This document shows positions 49,036 to 58,180 of a stretch of DNA of 58,180 nucleotides, piece by piece. The stretch covers positions 1-58,180 of the forward strand of contig NW_021833101.1 of NCBI RefSeq assembly GCF_006345805.1, in the 5' to 3' direction. This stretch comes from Octopus sinensis (Eukaryota). The position numbers were made by a program, and so were the translations under genes. Position 1 is the first letter of the stretch. Every line of letters starts with the position of its first letter. The notes beneath the pieces were generated by a model. That model was not told the DNA's origin. It saw only the letters and a list, made by a program, of their open reading frames with translations, and did not search any database.

Positions 49036-49374
49036 CGTTTATTTTTTATTGATTTATATTTATTGATTTTATAAAGAAACAGACGAACATTTTATAAAGT
49101 TTATTGAACACGAGATGATTCGAACTCAGTATGTTAAGAGCTTGAACAAATACCACAAGGCATTTTCTCAACTCTCCAACGATTCTGCCTGCACGTTCTT
49201 TATCGACATTTTTAGAATAAGCACAAGGTTAGGTATTTCATGGAAAGGGAAATGTAAGATTATATTGACATACGTACTTGATTTGTACTTTATTTCATTT
49301 ATGTCGAAAGGACGAAAGGTAAAGTTCACCCTGGTGGAATGTTTAAAAATAAGAATAAGGATTTTAAATTGAAG

Positions 49375-49556
49375 CGCAAGGCCAGCATTTTCGTTGGAGG
49401 TATAAGTCGATTACATCGACCCCAGTGAGTAACTGGTTCTTATTTCATCGATCCCGAAAAGATGAAAGGCAAAGTCGACCTTGGCGGAACTTGAACTCAG
49501 AACGTAGCGACGGACTTCGTTCAGCGTGCTAATGAATCTGCCAGCTCGCCGCCTGA
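49375..49556 (-). mobile_element. SINE family B
   Basis: Reverse complement of head, B-box and Meta-like domain. Confidence 0.85.
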
Positions 49557-49580
49557 CTGATGATGATGATGAGGATGATG

Positions 49581-49617
<37 letters not shown>

Positions 49618-49632
49618 TAATAATTAATAGTT

Positions 49633-50250
49633 AAGCAGTTGTGGTCTATGAAAATGGTGGTAGTAGTACTAATAATTGTCGGAGCCCTGGGAACAATGAG
49701 TAAATATCTCGAGAAGAACATGGAACAAATAGGGGCTGCAATAAAGGCGGAGAACTTGCAGAAAACAGCACTGCTTGGAACCGCTCGAATACTGCGGATG
49801 GTGCTCGAAAAATAAGGAGTGTTACTTTAGTTCACTGTTAGTGAACAGCTGCACTTACGCTTGCAATCCATCTGCTCATGTGACAGGAATCCTTTTTTCT
49901 AGATGTTCGTACACTGAGTCTGCGACTATTCCAGCCTATAATTTCCACATAAGTGGCAATCAGGATATCGGCCTGTACTTGTTTACCATATTGCCTTTAT
50001 CGATGTTTATCAAGCACAGCTCTGTCCTACTCTGGTGTTACTTGGTCGGCATTTAACAAGGGGTTGAGTTCTGCCGCACTTCGTGCATGATATTCACCAA
50101 ATCTTTTGATCCAGTAGCCTTGACCTTAATCTGGTCCCGGGGTCTTCATTTGCCCTTTTTTTTTTTGCTGATTTCGTTCACTTCCCTAACAGCTGGCACC
50201 GTATTACATCTCTGGCATTAGCATCTGTGCAAAGACAACAACAACAACAA
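49633..50250 (+). mobile_element. RLE-type LINE 3' end containing an inverted internal RT segment
   Basis: Plus strand KQLWSMKMV..IIVGALGTMSKYLEKNMEQIG..LQKTALLGTARILRMVLEK*; minus strand 49852-50187 reads KGNMVNKYRPIS*LPLMWKL*AGIVADSVYEHLEK; (CAA)(TAA)n tail. Confidence 0.85.
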
Positions 50251-50486
50251 TAATAATAATAATAATAATAATAATATAATATAATAATAATAATAATAAT
50301 AATAATAGAATAAAAAGTTTTGAATGGTACAACAATGCACTATAATACAGACAAAGGGCTATATACCTGTTGTAATTTAGTCATCCATAGTCTATGATAT
50401 TTCAGAATTATATTCCTTCTTCAGATATTCTTAGATGGAGTCGCTGCTCTCCTAATAATAATAATAATAATAAATAATAATAATAA

Positions 50487-50703
50487 TCCTTTCTACTATA
50501 AACACAAGGTTCGAAATTTCGACGAGGAGGGCACTAATCGATTACATCGACCCCAGTGTTTCACTGGTACTTAATTTATCGATCCCGAAAGGATGAAAGG
50601 CAAGTTGACCTCAGCGGAATTTGAACTCAGAAAGTAAGATGGACGAAATGCCGCAAAACATTTTGTCCAGCGCGCTAATGATTCTGCCAGCTCACCACCT
50701 TAA
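50487..50703 (-). mobile_element. SINE family B, tail type 1
   Basis: Reverse complement of family B with (AAT)n tail. Confidence 0.88.
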
Positions 50704-51856
50704 TGACATCGGCCCCAGGACCTGATATTTATTTTGTTGAATCTGAATGGGACAGTTTGACGCTAGTCGGCAGAATGATGCTTGAGTGTTGCATCAAGTG
50801 GCTGCTAGCGACGGAAGCTCGAACTACAACGGGCTTGTCCGGTAGGGAACACTTCCGGTTACTTTTGGGCACTCACTTGTATATTCCTTTTACTTACCAG
50901 CCTCGGAGGCCCTGTAAAGATGTCAGGGGCACTTCTTTTTCTCCTGACTAAAACCTTTTAACCGAAACCCCAAAACCTCAACACCCTACAAACCATATTG
51001 CTGTTTAGGCTTCTGTTACCGTTGACCCTATTACTGTCGCTTCGCTTTTTGCAGCAATTTTTGCTCTCGTCTCTGTTGTCATTTTATACAACGCTTCGCT
51101 GTTGTTGTTGTTGTTGCTGTTGTTGTTGTTTTCGTTCTGTTGTTGTCGTGTACGTGCCTAGAATTCAGTTTCAGACAAGCGATATCAAATGTCTCACCAC
51201 GTTTGACGTAAGAAAAGACGTCAAAATCTTGTAAACACAACACATTCTACACGCACACTTGCTACGGAAACACAGCATGTTTTGTGTGGCCAGCACAAAG
51301 ATTTAGCACGAATAATGATCATAGTAATAATATGTGTGTGTGTGTGTCTGTGTGTGTGTGTGTGTGTGTATGATTGAAGGTGCGTGTGTATGTGTCTATG
51401 TATATATTTGCATGTAAGTATGGATGTATGTATGTGTCTAAGTATATATGTATGTGTGAGTGTATGTATGTGTATGTATGAATGTGTGTGTATATATGTG
51501 TATGTATGTGTATGTATGTATGTGTGAGTATATGTATGTATGAATGTGTGTGTATGTGTGTGCATGTATGTATGCATGTATATGTGAGTGTGTATATGTG
51601 TGTATGTATGTGTGAGTGCGTGTATGTATGTGTGGGTGTATGCTTGTATGTATGTATGGATGCATGTGTGTATGTATGTATGTGTGTGTATGTATGTATG
51701 TATGTATGTATGTATGTGTGTGTGTGTGTGTGTGCGTGTGTGTGTATGTATGTGTGTGCGTGTCTATGTATGTATGAATGTATATATTGTGTCTATGTGC
51801 GTGCGTCTGTGTATATGTATATATATACATACACACAAGTAGTTATCTCTTTCTCT

Positions 51857-51899
<43 letters not shown>

Positions 51900-52524
51900 T
51901 ATACAAATGTAAATGTTTATACATATATACATGCACACACACACATGTATACATAAAATATCTGGGCAAAACAAGTGGAAATCAAAACTGAAGCATACTT
52001 TATATTATATTACATTTTTATTAACCCACGGGAAGCTTTGAATATAAAGGTGTACACACCCACACACGCGCACACGCACACACACACACACACGCACACA
52101 CACACACACGCGCGCACACACACACAGCTGAATAAAATATCTACCGATAATTTTAATTCATCTCTCCGTTCATGTCCCCCACGAGATCAAATTTGTCATT
52201 CATCCATTTAAACCATGTACCAGTTCAGGGCATTGATTGGCAGAAATTTTACAATATCGAAACGGGATATTACTGTGCTATGTTTTCCGTCTCTCCGCGG
52301 CCCACAGCTGCAAAACCTCCACTAGCAAATATTTTCCTTGCTCACCTCTATATCTTTTCCAGTAGAGAATACAATTATTGTAGATTAATCCGCGATAAGC
52401 GTAACATGGTTCACACATGAGTGCATCGTATTATCCTGGACCAATGGTGAAAGAAGCAGTGATAAACGAGGCTATATATATACATTAATGTCCAATATAT
52501 CTTTCCTAAATTAAGAATCTGCGT

Positions 52525-52965
52525 GAATTTTGAGAGAAATTTGGTTGCTAGTTTTAGCAGATCGATCGAGTACATAGTGGTTCCCTTAGTGATTCCATAT
52601 CTTTGACTTTCCCACTTTCCCTATACAATATACTCCTGTTTTGACGAATTCCTTTCAACAGGAATTTCCAAGAATTTTGAGGGAGATTTTGGTTGCTAGT
52701 TTTAGCAGAGCGATCGAGTACATAATGGTTCCCTTAGTGATTCCATATCTTTGACTATACCACTTTCTCTTTGCAATAAACTCCTATTTTGATGAATTCC
52801 ATTTTACAGGAATTTCCAAGAATTTTGAGGGAGATTTGGTTGTTAGCTTCAGCAGATCGATCGAGCACAAAGGAGTTCCTTTATTGATTCCATATCTTCA
52901 AGTATACCGCTTTCTCTATGCAATAAATTCCTTGTTTTGTGGAACTCGTTTTTATGGAAATTTAC
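52525..52965. repeat. 147-148-bp tandem repeat, 3 units
   Basis: GAATTTTGAG.GA.ATTTGGTTG starts at 52525, 52672 and 52820. Confidence 0.9.
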
Positions 52966-53054
52966 CGTTTTTTCTTCTCTTCAAAAATCAGAGTCTAGTT
53001 TATGTACAGCTTTATTGGTTCTGCATGTGAATACCATATTCTTGATTAAATTAA

Positions 53055-53285
53055 GGAGATCAGTTTCCAAAAGCATTCAAGGTTATATTTCTGTCACGTG
53101 TTCTTGCCATTTCTTTTATCCTTTACTGTAATCATATCACCTTTATCAAATTTTGCGACCATTTTTTTCAATGGCTGTTTTTTAAATGTAGTTTCCGGTT
53201 CCGAATTATAATATTTATCGTGGAATTTGTCAGCTCCGTTGTTTTGTTCTAGTTTTTGATTTTGCATTCTTTCTTTTACTGTATG
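53055..53285 (-). mobile_element. Gypsy-like integrase C-terminal remnant
   Basis: VKERMQNQKLEQNNGADK..KQPLKKMVAKFDKGDMITVKDKRNGKNT resembles the KQK.YAD..KQ..NKL...F..G.MIT...RN integrase tail. Confidence 0.5.
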
Positions 53286-55527
53286 TTCGTGTGCGCCTAT
53301 GTGTGAATGTGTGTGTGTGCGTTTGTGCGTGTGTGTATACGTTTGTCCATGTGTGTGTGAGAGTGTTTGTGCTCGTGTGTGCATGCGTTCGTGCTCGTCT
53401 CTACGTGGTTGGTGTGCGTATATGTGCGTGTATATATGTTCGTGTTAGTGTGTGTGTGTGTTGGTTTGTGTGTATGTTGATATATGTATGCTCGTGGTTG
53501 TATGGGTGTACGCATGTTTGTGTGTGTGTCTATGGGTGTACGCATGTCTCTGTGTGTGTATGTGTTCGTGTCTGTGTGTGTGTCTTCGCGTATGTGTATG
53601 TGTTCGTGTGTATGCCTGTATGTGAATGCATATGTGTGTTCGTGTTGGTGTATGTGTATATGTGCATGTGTGTATATGTGTGCTTATGTATGCGTGTATG
53701 AGTGTATGTATGTGAGTGTGAATGAATATGTGTGTATATGTGCTTATATGTGTTTGTGTTCTGTTAATGTGTGTCTGTTTGTATATGTGTGTGAATATGT
53801 CTGTATGTGTGTTTCTGTGTGTGTGTTCGTGTTGGTGTGTATGTGCATATGTGTGGTTGTCTATGTGGATATGTGTATGTGTGCGTGTATGTGTGTGCGT
53901 ATGTGTTTGTATGTGTGTGTATGTGTGTATGTGTGTGTGTATGTGTATGTGTGTGTGTGTGTGCTTCTGTGTCTGTGTGTGTCAGTGTGTGTGTGTGACA
54001 GCGCTTAACTGGTAAGAGTCATACTTTGCAGATTTTGCTTGTGTCATCGCTCGACATCCGCACCACCACCACCACCACCACCACCACCACCCCACCACCC
54101 ACCCCTCGAAAACAAACAAAAAACAAAAACACCCAAAGCCAACAACAAAACAACAACAACATAAAACTATTTGCAATACAGTTTTGTGTTAAACCATTTT
54201 GGAACTAGAACCAGGAATCACCTTCTGTAACACCTTACGATTCCGAATTCCAAAGACCTTTCCGTTTAAAGGGGAGTGTTCGCAATGAAATATCGGAACG
54301 TTCCATTTGGGAGTAGAAACCAAGGTTCTCTCTCTTTCCCTCTTTCACTCTTTCGTTCTTTCCCCCTTTCTCTCTTTCCGTCTTTCTCTCTTTTTCTCTT
54401 TGCTGGTTTCTTTGTTTCCTTCTCTTTGTTTGTCTCCCCCTCTCTCTCTCACTTTTGCTCTTTCTACGTCTCGCTGTTTCTCTATCTCTCTCACTTCTGT
54501 GTTTTTTTTTATACCTTTCTCACTTGTCTCTGCCTTTCTTTCTCTCTCTCTCTCTCATATTGTCTCTTTCACTTCCTTTTTTTCTCCCTCACTCCTTTCT
54601 CTCATCGCAGCGAAGTCAATGACCAATTACATGAGTTTCCTTAGTTTTCGCCGGCTCTTTAGAAGTTCTTATTAGCATGTCAACATATTCGTTTGCGACC
54701 AGAGCCAACTTGCCTGCAGATCTTGTGAACCTACAGGTGAAACTCAGAGTCGCAACAGACCGACTCGGCCAAAATGATACATACATATATATACACTCAT
54801 ACATTCATACACACATACATACACATACTACACACATACAAATATACATACACATACAAATATACATAGATACACACACATACATACAAATATGCATACA
54901 TACAAATATACATACACATACAAATATACATAAATACATACACTCACATATATACATACATATACACATACATACGTACATACATACACATATACATACA
55001 AATACATACACAGACATACATATATACATACATACACACATACATACATACACATACATACATACAGAAATACGTACATACAAATATACATACATACTTA
55101 CATACATACATACATACATAGATACATACATACATACATACATAGATATACACACCCACATACATACAAATAGACAAACATAGACATACACACGTATATA
55201 TATTCTTGTAGTATACTTTGTGTGTACACTTAGATGTACGACATCTACGATTACGTTTAGAGCTCTGAGTAGATTATCATCGTTCAGTTTCCCTCCAGTT
55301 TAGTGGTTTGGTCACTGTTATATTTAATTGTATTACTGGTAAGATGTATAGAGCAAATGGAGGAGAAATTATGACACAAGTTTTATCATTGGTTTGCTGT
55401 AACATGATGCAAGAAAATGTTCTTCTCATGATCTGGAAGGGTTTACTCTACTTTGTAATTTGTCCCTTCTGCGTTCAACCCTGTGGGCTAATAAAGAAAC
55501 ATATCTATATACACACACATACACCCC

Positions 55528-55587
<60 letters not shown>

Positions 55588-55649
55588 ACATATGGGTGTG
55601 AGAGAAAGTGCATGTATATATACAAATATATATATGATTCCTTGTTTCT

Positions 55650-55840
55650 GTGTCTTTCTATGTCACTATCTCCGCTTGATAGTCACTGTTGCCTTGTTTA
55701 CGTTTCCGTAAGATCGACTGAATGCAAACAAAACTGTAGAAATAAGTCCTGGGTCGATTTGCTCAACTGAACAATCATTCGAGGCGGTGTTCCAGCATGG
55801 CCACATTTCAGTGACTGAAACAAGTAAACAATAAAAGATA
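55650..55840 (+). mobile_element. SINE family A, 3' half
   Basis: AATAAGTCCTGGGTCGATTTGCTCAAC..GGCGGTGTTCCAGCATGGCCAC..GACTGAAACAAG. Confidence 0.85.
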
Positions 55841-56439
55841 AAATATTATCAAAATCGTTGCATCATTACAAAATGCAAACAGTATGGACAAATTGCTTAG
55901 AAGTTCGCTTGAATTAATGGCTTCTACGATGTTATTCCACGGCATCTTTGTTCGTCACCTCGTCATATCATTAGCCTAGTTAAACATTTTAAACATGCCG
56001 AAACTATGCTGAATCTGGTTTCCACGGCTGATGAGAGGATTTCAGTGAATATTTGTCCCTCGTCCTTTTCTGTTGATCGTTTCCATGTTCAATTTCAATT
56101 TTAAATATTTTATTTTTCACTCCATTACGTAGGTGCTATAATCATAATGCACCAGAGAGAGAGGGAGGGCTGTGTTTTTTGATAAGCTGGAAATAAGAAC
56201 CAAACATTCCTTCAAATCACACGTCGTACTATTTTTAAATTTTCTGAATAATGGGGATGGATCCGTTCTAAATCTAGATCTATATATCCCTAGAAATACG
56301 GGATGGTCATGGATGGATTGTAATTTATCATAAGTATCTTCTACTATGTTTGATCTGGAGATGAATGCAACAGTAACAAGTATGAGCTCGACGACTAATC
56401 AACACCCTCACCCCGTATTTCAAAGCCTTCTTCTTCTTC

Positions 56440-56500
56440 TGGCTGCTACCACCACCACTACCACCACCACCACCACCACCACCACTACTGCTACTACTAC

Positions 56501-56542
<42 letters not shown>

Positions 56543-56816
56543 ATGCATCACCAACATACACAAAATCATCACTAATATTACCCTTCTACAACAATAACTA
56601 CCACCACCGCCACCACCACCACCACCACCACCACTTCTCCTACTCTTCCTCCTCCTCCTCCCACTACTAATACTACTACTACTACACTACTACACTATAC
56701 GCAATCACCCATACACCAAATCATCACTAATATTACCTTCTACAACAATAACTACCACCACCGCCACCACCACCACCACCACCACCACTTCTCCTACTCT
56801 TCCTCCTCCTCCTCCC

Positions 56817-56863
<47 letters not shown>

Positions 56864-57155
56864 CACCACCACATTGTCACAATAATGACCACCATCAAAA
56901 GTATTACTAACTCACCACCACCACCGCCATCAATACCACCACTACCATCACCACCACCAGTAACGCAACCATTACTGCTCACCACTCTTACAATTCTTTT
57001 TCTTATTGTCATCATCATCATCATTATGGTCATCGTTATCACCATCATCATCATTATTATTATTATTATTAATATTATTATCATCATCATTATTATTATT
57101 ATTATTATTATTATTGTTGTTGTTACTGTTTTTGTTGTTGTTGTTGTTGTTATGC
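56440..57155. repeat. Trinucleotide low-complexity field with a ~154-bp tandem duplication
   Basis: ATCACTAATATTACC.TTCTACAACAATAACTACCACC block at ~56568 and ~56722. Confidence 0.85.
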
Positions 57156-57841
57156 ATGTGCCCTATTATGATTTCAGGGTAGACAAAGGGGGTGGCTGTC
57201 TTCTTCGGGACAGGACTGCTTGATGCCAGAGAAGCTGTCGACTGAGTCATCTTTAGCTAATGGTTATCTACGTGGGTGATTCATAGGTTTGCGGTCTACC
57301 CTGGAATGTCTGCTGTGGTGTCTAGGTGTATGCGTGTGCCTGCGTATCAGTGTGTGTATGTGTGTGCAAATGTGTGTGTGTGTGAATACTTCTCTAGTTA
57401 TGTGTGTGCGCATGGGCTCTAGTTATGTGTCTGTGTGTATATATGTATATATATTGGGGTTCAAACAAGTGCATGTGTATGTGTAGGTGGGGCTGTGTGT
57501 ATATTTCGATGTCGATGTATAACGTTTGTGGCTGTGAAGGTGCATAAGTGTGTATGTATATATGTATGTATGTGTGTAGATGTGTTTGTATGTGTGTTTT
57601 CTGTGTATGTGTATATAAACGCACATATTTGAGGGGTCAGGTATATAACTGTATGTCGAAGTGTGAACCTGTGTGTTAATATATGTTGTACGTGTGTGTG
57701 GCCATAAGAGTGCATGTGTGTGTATGTGTGTCTATATGTGTGTGTGTGTGTGTGTGTGTCCAAATGTGTTTGTAAATACGTGTGTACAGTCACAAGCGTG
57801 TAAATGTGAGAATGTGTGTCTATGTGTATAAGTGGTGTGGT

Positions 57842-57876
<35 letters not shown>

Positions 57877-58078
57877 TGTTGGTGTGTGTATGTGTGCGTA
57901 GTTTCTCCATCTTTTCTCCGAAGAACGATTAGCGTTCGAAACGTCAGATTCTTTCTCTTCCTTTTAAATGTTAAACGAATACATTTGTTATATAACTTGT
58001 CCCCCCTGTGCTGATTTCTTTCTGTAATCGTTGCATTAATATACATCTATATATATATATTTATATATATATAATATG

Positions 58079-58109
<31 letters not shown>

Positions 58110-58180
58110 ATGTGTGTGTTGTGTGTGTGTAAAATTTATATCTATGAGTATCTATATATATATATAAATATCTGTACATA

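Noticed and set aside
50700-50950. GC-richer patch with CACTTCCGG (ETS site) and a minus-strand GTAAGT as a promoter or first exon
   Set aside because: A single motif with no linked gene evidence
55995-56045. GAAAC..CTGATGA as a type II hammerhead
   Set aside because: Stems I and II do not pair

Overview
This is AT-rich, repeat-saturated eukaryotic DNA. The SINE families look like those I recall from octopus, so a coleoid cephalopod origin is likely (inference, no search run). No complete protein-coding gene, rRNA, true tRNA or CRISPR array is supported, and almost all ORF-track entries are microsatellite translations. Recognisable content: (1) at least four tRNA-derived SINE families; (2) a ~2.1 kb CR1-type LINE 3' portion with RT, 39.0-41.1 kb; (3) the 5' part of a Tx1/L1-type LINE with zinc-knuckle ORF1 and the start of an APE endonuclease, 44.0-46.0 kb; (4) RTE and RLE-type LINE fragments, two mariner derivatives and a Gypsy integrase remnant; (5) 21-bp and 147-bp tandem repeats; (6) one candidate host exon. 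The most unusual signal is a recurring set of hammerhead-ribozyme-like motifs and fold-back inverted repeats embedded in (TA)n tracts. The clearest case is a ~609-bp near-perfect inverted repeat at 42511-43855, each arm carrying a type I hammerhead with a palindromic stem III loop, next to a GIY-YIG remnant. This fits Penelope-like/retrozyme biology. Every hammerhead copy I can see has at least one core deviation, so activity is unproven.
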